Source: Escherichia coli (lineage in GTDB: Bacteria; Pseudomonadota; Gammaproteobacteria; Enterobacterales; Enterobacteriaceae). Taken from it: 64,000 nucleotides of DNA. The translations under genes and the position numbers were made by a program. Positions within the stretch are counted from its first letter, which is position 1, and every line of letters begins with the position of its first letter. Location: assembly GCF_003334765.1 (NCBI RefSeq), contig NZ_QOWT01000012.1; one strand, 5' to 3'. Below, piece after piece: positions 1-16,799 of the stretch. The notes under the pieces were generated by a model that worked only from the letters and a program-made list of their open reading frames with translations, was not told where the DNA came from and did no database searches.

Positions 1-1512
1 AGGCTGGGTAACATCAATCTGATAATTCACACCATCAATCACATCAAAGTTATAGGTGCGGAAACCATCCCAGTTGATGAGTGACTGTGGTTTCGTGTTG
101 TCAGGATCAATCTGGTTAAACTGTCCGGCGGAGCACTCCAGCCACTCTTTCACCTCTTTACCGCTGGCTTTCACCACAATCAGCGTATTGGGGTAGAGAT
201 AAAGATCGGCGGCATTACGGAAGGTCAACTGGCCTTTTTCCACCTCCACATAGCTTGCCGGATCATTTTTGCGACCACCAACTTTAAACGGTGCAGCAGC
301 TGAAAGCACCGGCAGTTTTGCCAGATCCGGATCGCCCTGAATGTAATGCTCGACATACGCTTTTTGCGCGTTGTTCACCACCTGCACGGTCGGATCGTCC
401 TGCACCAGCGCCAGATAGCTATACATATTGTCGGCGGATTTACCGATTGGCTTGCTGACGAACTGGCGTGTGGCATCGTGATCGGCTTTGAGTGTTTCTA
501 CCAGCTTGCTGTCTTCCGCCGCGAGGGATTTTTTATTGGCGATGTCGTAAATCGGCCGTGCTTCCGCTTTCGCCTGCGTCACCTGCCATTTACCGCTGTT
601 ATTACTGAGTTGTAAGTCGACCACCCCAAGATGATCGCCCCACATGCCCGGCATTACCGCCGGAACACCATTCAGCGTGCCTTTCGCGATATCAGCCCCT
701 TCGATATCAGCAAAATCTTTACCTGGGAAAACGGCGTGAGCATGGCCAAACATAATGGCGTTAACGCCAGGAATTTCACTGAGGTAATAAACTGAGTTTT
801 CCGCCATCACTTTATACGGATCGGCAGATAGCCCGGAATGCGCCAGAACGACAACGACATCGGCACCTTTCTCGCGCATTTCAGGCACGTATTTGCGCAC
901 GGTTTCGGTAATATCATTCACCGTCACTTTTCCGGATAAATTAGCTTTATCCCAGCCCATGATTTGCGGCGGCACGACGCCAATATAGCCAATCTTCAGC
1001 GTCTGTTTTTTTCCGTCTTTATCGACCACTTCGGTATCTTTAATTAAATACGGTGTAAACATTGGCTGTTTGGTTCTGGCGTCAATGACGTTGGCATTTA
1101 CATAAGGGAATTTCGCTCCCGCCAACGCATTTTTCAGGTAATCCAGACCGTAGTTAAATTCATGATTGCCGAGTGTACCGACCGTATAATCCAGCGTATT
1201 CAGCGCCTTATAAACCGGATGAACATCACCTGCTTTTAATCCTTTCGCCGATATGTAATCGGCCAGCGGACTCCCCTGAATCAAATCGCCGTTATCGACC
1301 AGTACGCTGTTTTTCACTTCATTGCGGGCATCGTTAATCAGGCTTGCCGTACGTACCAGTCCGAATTTTTCCGTGGCGGTGTCTTTGTAATAATCGAAAT
1401 CCATCATGTTGCTATGCAGATCAGTGGTTTCCATGATACGTAGATCGACCGTCGCTGCATTCACACTGGCGGCAATCAGCGTGGCCAGGAGCGTTGCGCT
1501 AAACTTAATCAT
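1..1512 (-). CDS. cpdB: 2',3'-cyclic-nucleotide 2'-phosphodiesterase/3'-nucleotidase, C-terminal part truncated by the window edge (N-terminus at 1512)
   Basis: Minus-strand frame open from the window edge to an ATG at 1512; the N-terminus reads [24 protein letters not shown] (signal peptide) and the body matches my recollection of CpdB; RBS upstream. Confidence 0.85.
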   Translation of the reverse strand, partial: MIKFSATLLATLIAASVNAATVDLRIMETTDLHSNMMDFDYYKDTATEKFGLVRTASLINDARNEVKNSVLVDNGDLIQGSPLADYISAKGLKAGDVHPVYKALNTLDYTVGTLGNHEFNYGLDYLKNALAGAKFPYVNANVIDARTKQPMFTPYLIKDTEVVDKDGKKQTLKIGYIGVVPPQIMGWDKANLSGKVTVNDITETVRKYVPEMREKGADVVVVLAHSGLSADPYKVMAENSVYYLSEIPGVNAIMFGHAHAVFPGKDFADIEGADIAKGTLNGVPAVMPGMWGDHLGVVDLQLSNNSGKWQVTQAKAEARPIYDIANKKSLAAEDSKLVETLKADHDATRQFVSKPIGKSADNMYSYLALVQDDPTVQVVNNAQKAYVEHYIQGDPDLAKLPVLSAAAPFKVGGRKNDPASYVEVEKGQLTFRNAADLYLYPNTLIVVKASGKEVKEWLECSAGQFNQIDPDNTKPQSLINWDGFRTYNFDVIDGVNYQIDVTQP

Positions 1513-1701
1513 CAGGGACATCCTTTTATCATCGGGAATACGAAAGAAAAGGGAGAATAAACGCCTTACTTATAGAACAGTGAAGAATGCCACAATTTTA
1601 CGCTTTGAAAATGATGACACTATCACAGTTGGCGCATTCATTAACGATAGGGTATAAGTAAAACAATAAGTTAACACCGCTCACAGAGACGAGGTGGAGA
1701 A

Positions 1702-2442
1702 ATGTTAGATCAAGTATGCCAGCTTGCACGGAATGCAGGCGATGCCATTATGCAGGTCTACGACGGGACGAAACCGATGGACGTCGTCAGCAAAGCGGAC
1801 AATTCTCCGGTAACGGCAGCGGATATTGCCGCTCACACCGTTATCATGGACGGTTTACGTACGCTGACACCGGATATTCCGGTCCTTTCTGAAGAAGATC
1901 CTCCCGGTTGGGAAGTCCGTCAGCACTGGCAGCGTTACTGGCTGGTAGACCCGCTGGATGGTACTAAAGAGTTTATTAAACGTAATGGCGAATTCACCGT
2001 TAACATTGCGCTCATTGACCATGGCAAACCGATTTTAGGTGTGGTGTATGCGCCGGTAATGAACATAATGTACAGCGCGGCAGAAGGCAAGGCCTGGAAA
2101 GAAGAGTGCGGTGTGCGCAAGCAGATTCAGGTCCGCGATGCGCGCCCGCCGCTGGTGGTTATCAGCCGTTCCCATGCAGATGCGGAGCTGAAAGAGTATC
2201 TGCAACAGCTTGGCGAACATCAGACCACGTCCATCGGCTCTTCGCTGAAATTCTGCCTGGTGGCGGAAGGGCAGGCGCAGCTGTACCCGCGCTTCGGACC
2301 AACGAATATTTGGGATACCGCCGCTGGTCATGCTGTGGCTGCAGCTGCCGGAGCGCACGTTCATGACTGGCAGGGTAAACCGCTGGATTACACTCCGCGC
2401 GAGTCGTTCCTGAATCCGGGATTCAGAGTGTCTATTTATTAA
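1702..2442 (+). CDS. cysQ: 3'(2'),5'-bisphosphate nucleotidase
   Basis: 246-aa ORF starting [22 protein letters not shown], inositol-monophosphatase-like motifs (WLVDPLDGT); matches CysQ. Confidence 0.92.
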   Translation: MLDQVCQLARNAGDAIMQVYDGTKPMDVVSKADNSPVTAADIAAHTVIMDGLRTLTPDIPVLSEEDPPGWEVRQHWQRYWLVDPLDGTKEFIKRNGEFTVNIALIDHGKPILGVVYAPVMNIMYSAAEGKAWKEECGVRKQIQVRDARPPLVVISRSHADAELKEYLQQLGEHQTTSIGSSLKFCLVAEGQAQLYPRFGPTNIWDTAAGHAVAAAAGAHVHDWQGKPLDYTPRESFLNPGFRVSIY

Positions 2443-2989
2443 TTAATTTATGCAGCAGGTCCATCACTTGCTGCACCTCTTCCTGTGTGAGCGCCCCGTC
2501 TTTGGCCCATTGCACGCGACCATCCTTATCCAGCACCACTACAGCGGAACTTTCTTCATCCAGCTGCCAGGCACCGCGCGCGACGCCATTGCTATCGACA
2601 ATAAACTGCGACCAGGGATAAAGCTTTTTATTACTCTCCAGACTGCTGCGCACAAACATCCCTGAACCCGGAATCGCGTCGTCGGTGTTAACAATGGTGG
2701 TGGTCTGGTAGCGATCGTGCGGTAACTTCGCTGATTTAATCGCTTCAATCAGCGTCGCGTTTTTCTCTTTTGCAGAGGTGCGACCAGCAATATGTTGCAG
2801 TACTCGCACTTTTCCCACTAACTGTGCGCTGTTCCAGGTTTTGTAGCTAAACTGATCTTTATCAAGCACCAACTCGCCTCGATCGGTAATGCCAATCGGC
2901 GGCACTCGCTGACCGGTTTCGAACTGATGTGCGGAAGCCATCATCGGCAACAGCAGGCAGGTGAGTGCCAGAATCTTGCGTAGGGTCAT
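2432..2989 (-). CDS. ytfJ: Periplasmic protein YtfJ
   Basis: 185-aa ORF with N-terminal signal peptide ([20 protein letters not shown]), convergent with cysQ, as in the E. coli gene order. Confidence 0.85.
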   Translation of the reverse strand: MTLRKILALTCLLLPMMASAHQFETGQRVPPIGITDRGELVLDKDQFSYKTWNSAQLVGKVRVLQHIAGRTSAKEKNATLIEAIKSAKLPHDRYQTTTIVNTDDAIPGSGMFVRSSLESNKKLYPWSQFIVDSNGVARGAWQLDEESSAVVVLDKDGRVQWAKDGALTQEEVQQVMDLLHKLINK

Positions 2990-3313
2990 GGTGTTTCCTT
3001 CTTATGATATGCAGGTGATCCGACCACTTGGGTCTGAGTTTTAATCATATGTGCTATTTATCGAATTTCCCGCAAGTGTGATGCCAGTTTGCGGTCAAGC
3101 GCACAAATCATATGAAAAATGAATGCTTATACTGAAGACCGCGCTTCGGTAAAAAGATAATTCTGAATAATTGTAACCTTTAGGTAAAAAAAGTTATACG
3201 CGGTGGAAACATTGCCCGGATAGTCTATAGTCACTAAGCATTAAAATTTGCGCCTCATAATAGTTGGGCCGATTGTGGCACCGCACAGGCGTAATACTCA
3301 GCAGGAGATAACA

Positions 3314-3520
3314 ATGAAAATTTTCCAACGGTACAACCCACTTCAGGTGGCGAAGTACGTAAAGATCCTGTTCCGTGGACGGTTATACATCAAGGACGTT
3401 GGCGCTTTTGAATTTGATAAGGGTAAGATTCTTATCCCAAAAGTGAAGGATAAGCTGCATTTGTCAGTGATGTCCGAAGTTAACCGTCAGGTTATGCGTC
3501 TGCAAACAGAGATGGCTTAA
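3314..3520 (+). CDS. ytfK: Small protein YtfK (68 aa)
   Basis: ATG at 3314 preceded by a GGAG RBS; product [30 protein letters not shown]... matches YtfK. Confidence 0.8.
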
Positions 3521-3581
3521 CCAAAGTGCTATGCAGTAATAAGACGGCTCCTGATTCAGGAGCCGTTGATGTTTCTGGGGG

Positions 3582-4925
3582 TTACGCGACGCTTTCTTCT
3601 TTATCTTTAGCGTCAGGCAGTTTTGGCGAAAGGGCGGTGGCCTTGCTGTCGATCCGGGTCACCAGCAGCTGGTCGATGCGGTAGTTATCGATATCCACCA
3701 CTTCAAATTTGTAGCCGGCGAATTTCACCGAATCGGTGCGTTTCGGGATCTTACGCAGCATAAACATCATAAAGCCGCCGATGGTTTCGTAGTTGCCCGA
3801 CTGCGGGAACTCGTCAATATCCAGCACGCGCATGACGTCGTCAATTGGGGTGCCGCCGTCAATCAGCCATGAGTTCTCATCACGGGCGACAATCTGCTCT
3901 TCCAGCCCCTGACCGACTAGATCGCCCATCAGCGTGGTCATCACGTCATTGAGGGTGATGATCCCCACCACCAGCGCGTACTCGTTCATGATCACCGCGA
4001 AGTCTTCACCTGCGGTTTTAAAACTTTCCAACGCCTCTGAAAGGGTTAACGTATCCGGCACAATCAGCGTGTTGCGAATTTGTACGCCGCTGTTCAGTGC
4101 CAGGCTTTGGTTAGCCAGCACGCGGTTCAGCAGGTCTTTAGAATCGACATAGCCGATGATGTGGTCAATATCTTCATTACAGACGAGGAACTTAGAGTGC
4201 GGATGTTCCGCCACCTTATTCTTCAGGCTTTGCTCATCTTCGTGGAGATCAAACCAAATCACGTTTTCACGCGGTGTCATTGACGACGGAACGGTACGGG
4301 ATTCCAGCTCAAAGACGTTTTCAATCAGCTCGTGTTCCTGTTTACGTAACACGCCCGCCAGCGCACCGGCTTCCACTACCGCGTAGATGTCATCAGAAGT
4401 GATGTCATCTTTACGTACCATTGGCAGTTTGAAAATACGGAAGATTATGTTCGCCAGTCCGTTGAAGAACCACACCAGCGGGGTGCAAACGTACAGGCAG
4501 AAGCGCATCGGGTTGATGATACGCAAAGCGACAGCTTCTGGCGCAATCATACCGATGCGTTTCGGGGTTAAATCCGCAAACAGGATAAACATGCCAGTCA
4601 CTAACGAGAAAGAGAGAATAAAGCTCAGTTGCTCAGAGAGCTCTGCCGACATATAGCGGGAGAACAGGCTGTGAAAAGCTGGAGAAAATGCCGCATCACC
4701 GACGATACCGCCGAGAATCGCCACTGCGTTCAGACCGATTTGGACCACGGTAAAGAACATGCCGGGATTTTCCTGCATATTCAGAACGCGTTGGGCATTT
4801 ATATTGCCTTCATCAGCCAGCAGTTTAAGTTTGATTTTGCGTGAGGCGGCAAGTGAGATCTCGGACATCGAGAAGAACGCACTTACAGCGATCAAGCAGA
4901 GTATGACTAAAATACTGTTTAACAT
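3582..4925 (-). CDS. ytfL: Inner membrane CBS/CorC-HlyC family transporter (YtfL/PaeA)
   Basis: 447-aa ORF with hydrophobic N-terminal half and CBS-pair/CorC C-terminal region; matches YtfL. Confidence 0.88.
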   Translation of the reverse strand: MLNSILVILCLIAVSAFFSMSEISLAASRKIKLKLLADEGNINAQRVLNMQENPGMFFTVVQIGLNAVAILGGIVGDAAFSPAFHSLFSRYMSAELSEQLSFILSFSLVTGMFILFADLTPKRIGMIAPEAVALRIINPMRFCLYVCTPLVWFFNGLANIIFRIFKLPMVRKDDITSDDIYAVVEAGALAGVLRKQEHELIENVFELESRTVPSSMTPRENVIWFDLHEDEQSLKNKVAEHPHSKFLVCNEDIDHIIGYVDSKDLLNRVLANQSLALNSGVQIRNTLIVPDTLTLSEALESFKTAGEDFAVIMNEYALVVGIITLNDVMTTLMGDLVGQGLEEQIVARDENSWLIDGGTPIDDVMRVLDIDEFPQSGNYETIGGFMMFMLRKIPKRTDSVKFAGYKFEVVDIDNYRIDQLLVTRIDSKATALSPKLPDAKDKEESVA

Positions 4926-5099
4926 ATCTTATCCGACCTTTCAGGCCAGATCCTCGGAAGGGGAAGTTGATTAATTTGTGTGAAATACAAATTGAAAGCC
5001 GATTCGAAGAAAGTGAACCGGCATTTTCAGTGGCTAGTATAGCGTAAGGTACTGTAAAGTCGCCAGAGGGTTAAAATTCAGACTGCTGATAAATGCAAT

Positions 5100-5205
5100 A
5101 CTGCCTGATGCGCTATGCCAATCAGGCCTACGCAGTCCTTGCAATATATTGAATTTGGACGATTTTGTAGGCCTGGTAAGGCGTTTACGCCGCATCTGGC
5201 ATAAA
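5100..5205. repeat. REP (repetitive extragenic palindromic) elements
   Basis: GCCTGATGCG...ATCAGGCCTAC and GTAGGCCTGG...CGCCGCATC palindromic units typical of E. coli REP. Confidence 0.7.
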
Positions 5206-5247
5206 TAAAGCGCACTTTATCAACAATCTACATTTGTACCCGTAACG

Positions 5248-5886
5248 CTATGCTTCCGGTGGCAGACAGACGCCAATTCCGCCAATTCCACAGTAACCAT
5301 ACGGGTTTTTATGCAGATATTGCTGGTGGTCATCTTCGGCATAATAAAACGGTGTGGCGTTAGCGATTTCCGTGGTGATGTGACGATCATCATCGGCGGC
5401 AAGCATCGCCGCCTGAAAACGTTCCAGACTGGCGCGAGCTGCGGCATCCTGTTCTGGGGTCAGCGGATAAATCGCTGAACGATACTGCGTGCCGTGGTCA
5501 TTGCCCTGACGCATTCCCTGGGCGGGATCGTGATTCTCCCAAAATACCTGTAGCAACTGCTCATAGCTGATGACGGAAGGATCGTAAACAATGCGTACCG
5601 CTTCGGCATGACCCGTATCACCGGAGCACACTTCCCGATAAGTCGGATTTGGCGTATAGCCTCCGGTATAGCCTGCGGCGGTGCTGTAAACGCCGGGTAA
5701 CTGCCAGAACAGACGCTCCACACCCCAGAAACAACCCATCGCAAAAATGGCAATCTCCATTCCGTCAGGTACATTGGTCATTGAGTGACCGTTGACCGCA
5801 TGCAGCGTGGCTACGGGCATCGGGGTGTTACGTCCAGGCAGGGCATCGGCGGGGGAAACCAGATGCTTTTTATCAAATAAACTCAT
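5248..5886 (-). CDS. msrA: Peptide methionine sulfoxide reductase A
   Basis: Start chosen at the internal ATG giving [18 protein letters not shown]...; GCFWG catalytic motif present; 212 aa. Confidence 0.9.
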
Positions 5887-6049
5887 GGTGTCGCTCTCCC
5901 GAAAATCGGTCATTGGGGTTAAGGTTGTAACAAGAGGCGTATTTGCACACAATAACCACCGTGAATAGGTCTAAAGTAAAACATAAGAAATATTTGGGGT
6001 TTAGTCTGCTTTTTAATCCATATTACTGGATTTTTGTTAAGCCGTTTAA

Positions 6050-11601
<5,552 letters not shown>

Positions 11602-11603
11602 CA

Positions 11604-11945
11604 ATGCGAATATTTGTCTACGGCAGTTTACGCCACAAACAAGGCAACAGTCACTGGATGACCAATGCCCAGTTACTGGGCGATTTCAGTATCGATAACT
11701 ACCAGTTGTATAGCCTGGGCCACTATCCAGGCGCAGTTCCGGGGAACGGAACAGTACACGGTGAAGTTTATCGTATTGACAACGCCACGCTGGCCGAACT
11801 TGATGCCTTGCGCACCAGGGGCGGTGAATACGCGCGCCAGTTGATTCAGACGCCGTACGGGAGTGCATGGATGTACGTTTATCAACGACCCGTCGATGGA
11901 TTAAAGCTAATTGAAAGCGGCGACTGGTTAGACAGGGATAAGTAA
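11604..11945 (+). CDS. ytfP: Gamma-glutamylcyclotransferase family protein YtfP
   Basis: 113-aa ORF MRIFVYGSLRHKQGNSHWM... (AIG2-like YGSL motif). Confidence 0.85.
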   Translation: MRIFVYGSLRHKQGNSHWMTNAQLLGDFSIDNYQLYSLGHYPGAVPGNGTVHGEVYRIDNATLAELDALRTRGGEYARQLIQTPYGSAWMYVYQRPVDGLKLIESGDWLDRDK

Positions 11946-11954
11946 TAATAAAAG

Positions 11955-11982
11955 CACGCCACCTTCGGGTGGCGTTGTTTTA
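11955..11982 (+). terminator. Rho-independent terminator downstream of ytfP
   Basis: Hairpin ACGCCACC-TTCG-GGTGGCGT followed by TGTTTTA. Confidence 0.7.
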
Positions 11983-12282
11983 TGCGATGTATCTCGCGAT
12001 TTTTTTTTGTAACTTTTCCATCTTTTGCTTTTCTCTCCGAGCCGCTTTCCATATCTGCAATCGCATAAAAAACTCTGCTGGCGTTCACAAATGTGCAGGG
12101 GTAAAACGGGGGCACGCTTTGAACGGTGAGTATGAGTGAGGTCGGCTAACTTCCAGCAAGTGGCTATGAACAGCAAAATGGTGGTCGGGTTTGCTTGTTC
12201 TTACCGTTCAAGCCTTGCAACCGCTGAGAATAATGATGGTGGAATAGAGAGTTTATTTATCGCGGGCATAAAAAAACCCTTA

Positions 12283-12324
12283 CTAACCGAAGCCCGGCGT
12301 TCAGGGTTATTGCGCTAGAAGAAC
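12283..12324 (-). terminator. Probable intrinsic terminator downstream of ppa
   Basis: On the minus strand, a GC-rich hairpin (…CGCCGGGCTTCGG…) followed by a T7 run immediately after the ppa stop. Confidence 0.5.
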
Positions 12325-12855
12325 TTATTTATTCTTTGCGCGCTCGAAGGAAGCAACGATTTCAGCTTTAGCGGCTTCTGCGTTTTCCCAACCTTCAACT
12401 TTCACCCACTTGCCTTTTTCGAGGTCTTTGTAGTGCTCGAAGAAGTGAGCGATCTGCGCTTTCAGCAGCTCTGGCAGATCGTTAACGTCTTTAATGTGAT
12501 CGTATTCTTTGCTCAGCTTTGTGTGCGGAACAGCAATCAGTTTCGCATCTTCACCGGCTTCGTCGGTCATTTTCAGAACGCCAACCGGACGGCAACGGAT
12601 CACAGAACCCGGCTGCAGCGGGTACGGAGTCGGGACCAGTACGTCAACCGGGTCACCGTCCAGAGACAGGGTGTGGTTGATGTAACCGTAGTTGCACGGA
12701 TAGAACATCGCGGTGGACATGAAGCGGTCAACGAACAGTGCGCCGCTCTCTTTGTCGATTTCGTATTTGATCGGATCTGCGTTAGCCGGGATCTCAATAA
12801 CAACGTAGATGTCTTCCGGCAGATCTTTACCCGCAGGGACGTTGAGTAAGCTCAT
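12325..12855 (-). CDS. ppa: Inorganic pyrophosphatase
   Basis: 176-aa [35 protein letters not shown]...; matches Ppa. Confidence 0.95.
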   Translation of the reverse strand: MSLLNVPAGKDLPEDIYVVIEIPANADPIKYEIDKESGALFVDRFMSTAMFYPCNYGYINHTLSLDGDPVDVLVPTPYPLQPGSVIRCRPVGVLKMTDEAGEDAKLIAVPHTKLSKEYDHIKDVNDLPELLKAQIAHFFEHYKDLEKGKWVKVEGWENAEAAKAEIVASFERAKNK

Positions 12856-13164
12856 GTCTGTTTCCTTTAAAAATATGTGGCAAACAAGTGCCGAGTATTA
12901 TAGCCAACTCGCGCCGAATGTCTTCGCTTGTTTTCGTCTTCATTTTCCTTTTTCGCCAATTTTAAGACGGTATACAGAGCAGGAAAATCCATAACCGTAG
13001 CCGCATTTTTCATAGTGAGATGAAAGCGATTACAAACTTGTGATTAACGTTTTATTTACTTCTTTGAAGTGTGATGTAACGCAATCCGTTACATAACGAA
13101 TTGTCTATAGTTTTTTCGCGAACATCTTTTCACCAATAATAATTACCCCGACGAGGACAACCCT

Positions 13165-14121
13165 ATGTGGAAACGCTTACTTGTAGTCTCTGCAGTCTCG
13201 GCAGCCATGTCGTCTATGGCGTTGGCCGCTCCATTAACCGTAGGATTTTCGCAGGTCGGATCGGAATCTGGCTGGCGCGCCGCAGAAACCAATGTGGCGA
13301 AAAGTGAGGCCGAAAAACGCGGAATTACGCTGAAAATTGCCGATGGTCAGCAAAAGCAGGAAAACCAGATTAAAGCGGTACGTTCCTTCGTCGCGCAAGG
13401 GGTGGATGCGATCTTTATCGCTCCGGTGGTTGCGACTGGTTGGGAACCGGTATTAAAAGAGGCGAAAGATGCCGAAATCCCGGTCTTCTTGCTCGATCGT
13501 TCTATTGATGTGAAAGACAAATCTCTCTATATGACCACCGTCACTGCCGACAACATTCTCGAAGGCAAGTTGATTGGTGACTGGCTGATAAAAGAAGTGA
13601 ATGGCAAACCATGCAACGTGGTGGAGCTGCAGGGCACTGTTGGGGCCAGCGTCGCCATTGACCGTAAGAAAGGCTTTGCCGAAGCCATTAAGAATGCGCC
13701 AAATATCAAAATTATCCGCTCGCAGTCAGGTGACTTCACCCGCAGTAAAGGCAAAGAAGTCATGGAGAGCTTTATCAAAGCGGAAAACAACGGCAAAAAC
13801 ATCTGCATGGTTTACGCCCATAACGACGACATGGTGATTGGTGCAATTCAGGCAATTAAAGAAGCGGGCCTGAAACCAGGCAAAGATATTCTGACAGGTT
13901 CTATCGACGGCGTACCGGATATCTACAAAGCGATGATTGATGGCGAAGCGAACGCCAGTGTTGAACTGACGCCGAATATGGCAGGTCCCGCCTTCGACGC
14001 GCTGGAGAAATACAAAAAAGACGGCACCATGCCTGAAAAGCTGACGCTGACCAAATCCACCCTTTATCTGCCTGATACCGCAAAAGAAGAGTTAGAGAAG
14101 AAGAAAAATATGGGGTATTGA
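13165..14121 (+). CDS. ytfQ: ABC transporter periplasmic sugar-binding protein (galactofuranose)
   Basis: 318-aa ORF with signal peptide and periplasmic-binding-protein fold signature; first gene of the ytfQRT-yjfF cluster. Confidence 0.88.
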   Translation: MWKRLLVVSAVSAAMSSMALAAPLTVGFSQVGSESGWRAAETNVAKSEAEKRGITLKIADGQQKQENQIKAVRSFVAQGVDAIFIAPVVATGWEPVLKEAKDAEIPVFLLDRSIDVKDKSLYMTTVTADNILEGKLIGDWLIKEVNGKPCNVVELQGTVGASVAIDRKKGFAEAIKNAPNIKIIRSQSGDFTRSKGKEVMESFIKAENNGKNICMVYAHNDDMVIGAIQAIKEAGLKPGKDILTGSIDGVPDIYKAMIDGEANASVELTPNMAGPAFDALEKYKKDGTMPEKLTLTKSTLYLPDTAKEELEKKKNMGY

Positions 14122-14127
14122 GGGTTG

Positions 14128-14240
14128 CTATGCCTGATGCCGATTCGTAGGCCGGATAAGGCGCTCGCGCCGCATCCGGCGGTGGTGCGCTGAAGCCTGA
14201 TGCGACGCTTACCGCGTCTTATCATGCCTACTGGGAGCAC
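14128..14240. repeat. REP elements
   Basis: GCCTGATGCCGATTCGTAGGCCGGATAAGGCGCTCGCGCCGCATCCGGC and GCCTGATGCGACGCTTACCGCGTCTTATCATGCCTAC units. Confidence 0.7.
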
Positions 14241-14260
14241 GCTTTACACCGGGGGAAACC

Positions 14261-15763
14261 ATGACGACTAACCAACACCAGGAGATCCTCCGCACCGAAG
14301 GATTAAGTAAATTTTTCCCCGGCGTCAAAGCGTTAGACAACGTTGATTTCAGCCTGCGCCGCGGCGAAATCATGGCGCTGCTCGGTGAAAACGGGGCAGG
14401 AAAATCAACGCTAATCAAAGCATTAACTGGTGTATACCACGCCGATCGCGGCACCATCTGGCTGGAAGGCCAGGCTATCTCACCGAAAAATACCGCCCAT
14501 GCACAACAACTCGGTATCGGCACCGTCTATCAGGAAGTAAACCTGCTACCCAATATGTCGGTCGCTGATAATCTATTTATAGGCCGCGAACCCAAACGCT
14601 TCGGCCTTCTACGCCGCAAAGAGATGGAAAAGCGCGCCACCGAACTGATGGCATCTTACGGTTTCTCCCTCGACGTGCGCGAACCGCTCAACCGCTTTTC
14701 AGTCGCGATGCAGCAAATCGTCGCTATTTGCCGGGCTATCGATCTCTCTGCCAAAGTGCTGATCCTCGATGAACCCACCGCCAGTCTCGACACCCAGGAA
14801 GTGGAGTTACTGTTTGACCTGATGCGTCAGTTGCGCGATCGCGGCGTCAGCCTGATTTTTGTCACTCACTTTCTCGATCAGGTCTATCAGGTCAGCGATC
14901 GGATCACCGTCTTACGCAACGGCAGTTTCGTAGGCTGTCGGGAAACGTGCGAGCTACCGCAGATCGAACTGGTAAAAATGATGCTGGGGCGCGAGCTGGA
15001 TACCCACGCGCTACAGCGTGCCGGGCGAACATTGTTGAGCGACAAACCCGTTGCCGCGTTCAAAAATTACGGCAAAAAAGGAACGATCGCACCGTTTGAT
15101 CTCGAAGTACGCCCCGGCGAGATCGTCGGTCTGGCTGGATTGCTGGGATCAGGACGTACCGAAACCGCCGAAGTGATCTTCGGTATCAAACCTGCTGACA
15201 GCGGCACGGCGTTGATCAAAGGCAAACCGCAAAACCTGCGATCGCCACATCAGGCTTCGGTACTGGGCATTGGCTTCTGCCCGGAAGACAGGAAAACCGA
15301 TGGCATCATCGCTGCCGCCTCGGTGCGGGAAAATATCATCCTCGCTCTCCAGGCCCAGCGCGGCTGGCTACGTCCCATTTCCCGCAAAGAACAGCAAGAG
15401 ATTGCCGAACGCTTTATCCGCCAGCTTGGCATTCGCACACCTTCAACTGAACAACCGATTGAATTTCTCTCTGGCGGCAATCAGCAAAAAGTGTTGCTTT
15501 CACGTTGGCTACTGACCCGACCGCAATTTCTGATCCTTGATGAGCCAACTCGCGGCATTGATGTTGGTGCCCACGCCGAGATCATCCGCCTGATTGAAAC
15601 GCTATGCGCCGATGGTCTGGCGCTGCTGGTGATCTCCTCCGAACTGGAAGAACTGGTGGGCTATGCCGACCGGGTGATCATCATGCGCGATCGCAAACAG
15701 GTGGCGGAGATCCCGCTGGCAGAGCTTTCCGTTCCGGCGATCATGAACGCCATTGCGGCGTAA
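14261..15763 (+). CDS. ytfR: ABC transporter ATP-binding protein (tandem ATPase domains)
   Basis: 500-aa ORF with two Walker A motifs (GENGAGKST; GLLGSGRTE) and LSGGNQQK signature. Confidence 0.9.
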   Translation: MTTNQHQEILRTEGLSKFFPGVKALDNVDFSLRRGEIMALLGENGAGKSTLIKALTGVYHADRGTIWLEGQAISPKNTAHAQQLGIGTVYQEVNLLPNMSVADNLFIGREPKRFGLLRRKEMEKRATELMASYGFSLDVREPLNRFSVAMQQIVAICRAIDLSAKVLILDEPTASLDTQEVELLFDLMRQLRDRGVSLIFVTHFLDQVYQVSDRITVLRNGSFVGCRETCELPQIELVKMMLGRELDTHALQRAGRTLLSDKPVAAFKNYGKKGTIAPFDLEVRPGEIVGLAGLLGSGRTETAEVIFGIKPADSGTALIKGKPQNLRSPHQASVLGIGFCPEDRKTDGIIAAASVRENIILALQAQRGWLRPISRKEQQEIAERFIRQLGIRTPSTEQPIEFLSGGNQQKVLLSRWLLTRPQFLILDEPTRGIDVGAHAEIIRLIETLCADGLALLVISSELEELVGYADRVIIMRDRKQVAEIPLAELSVPAIMNAIAA

Positions 15764-15776
15764 GGAGAACAGTGTG

Positions 15777-16799
15777 ATGCCTCAATCTCTCCCGGACACT
15801 ACGCCGCCGAAAAGGCGCTTTCGCTGGCCAACGGGAATGCCGCAGCTGGCGGCACTGTTGCTGGTGCTGCTGGTCGATAGCCTGGTGGCCCCGCATTTCT
15901 GGCAGGTGGTGCTCCAGGATGGGCGTTTATTCGGTAGCCCCATAGACATTCTTAACCGTGCGGCCCCCGTTGCGCTGTTGGCTATCGGAATGACGCTGGT
16001 GATCGCAACAGGTGGGATTGATCTCTCCGTGGGGGCGGTGATGGCTATCGCCGGAGCCACAACGGCTGCGATGACGGTCGCGGGATTCAGCCTGCCGATT
16101 GTTTTGTTAAGCGCCCTGGGCACTGGCATCCTGGCGGGATTGTGGAACGGCATACTGGTAGCGATCCTCAAAATTCAGCCGTTTGTTGCCACCCTGATCC
16201 TGATGGTCGCCGGGCGCGGCGTGGCGCAACTGATCACCTCCGGACAGATCGTCACGTTTAACTCGCCGGATCTCTCATGGTTTGGCAGTGGATCGCTGTT
16301 GTTCCTGCCAACGCCGGTCATTATCGCGGTGCTGACGCTTATCCTGTTCTGGCTGTTGACCCGCAAAACGGCGCTGGGGATGTTTATCGAAGCCGTTGGT
16401 ATCAACATTCGGGCGGCAAAAAATGCCGGGGTAAACACGCGGATCATCGTCATGCTTACCTACGTGTTGAGCGGGCTGTGTGCGGCGATTGCGGGCATTA
16501 TCGTGGCGGCGGATATTCGCGGTGCCGATGCCAATAACGCCGGGTTATGGCTGGAGCTGGACGCCATTCTCGCGGTGGTTATTGGCGGCGGATCGCTGAT
16601 GGGCGGACGTTTTAACCTACTGCTTTCGGTGGTGGGGGCGCTGATTATTCAGGGGATGAACACCGGAATTTTGCTTTCGGGCTTTCCGCCAGAGATGAAC
16701 CAGGTTGTAAAAGCGGTGGTGGTTCTTTGCGTGCTGATTGTCCAGTCGCAACGCTTTATCAGTCTGATTAAAGGAGTACGTAGCCGTGATAAAACGTAA
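15777..16799 (+). CDS. ytfT: ABC transporter permease
   Basis: Polytopic membrane protein; start placed at the ATG at 15777 after an AAGGAGA RBS (the longer ORF from 15753 overlaps ytfR). Confidence 0.85.
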   Translation: MPQSLPDTTPPKRRFRWPTGMPQLAALLLVLLVDSLVAPHFWQVVLQDGRLFGSPIDILNRAAPVALLAIGMTLVIATGGIDLSVGAVMAIAGATTAAMTVAGFSLPIVLLSALGTGILAGLWNGILVAILKIQPFVATLILMVAGRGVAQLITSGQIVTFNSPDLSWFGSGSLLFLPTPVIIAVLTLILFWLLTRKTALGMFIEAVGINIRAAKNAGVNTRIIVMLTYVLSGLCAAIAGIIVAADIRGADANNAGLWLELDAILAVVIGGGSLMGGRFNLLLSVVGALIIQGMNTGILLSGFPPEMNQVVKAVVVLCVLIVQSQRFISLIKGVRSRDKT

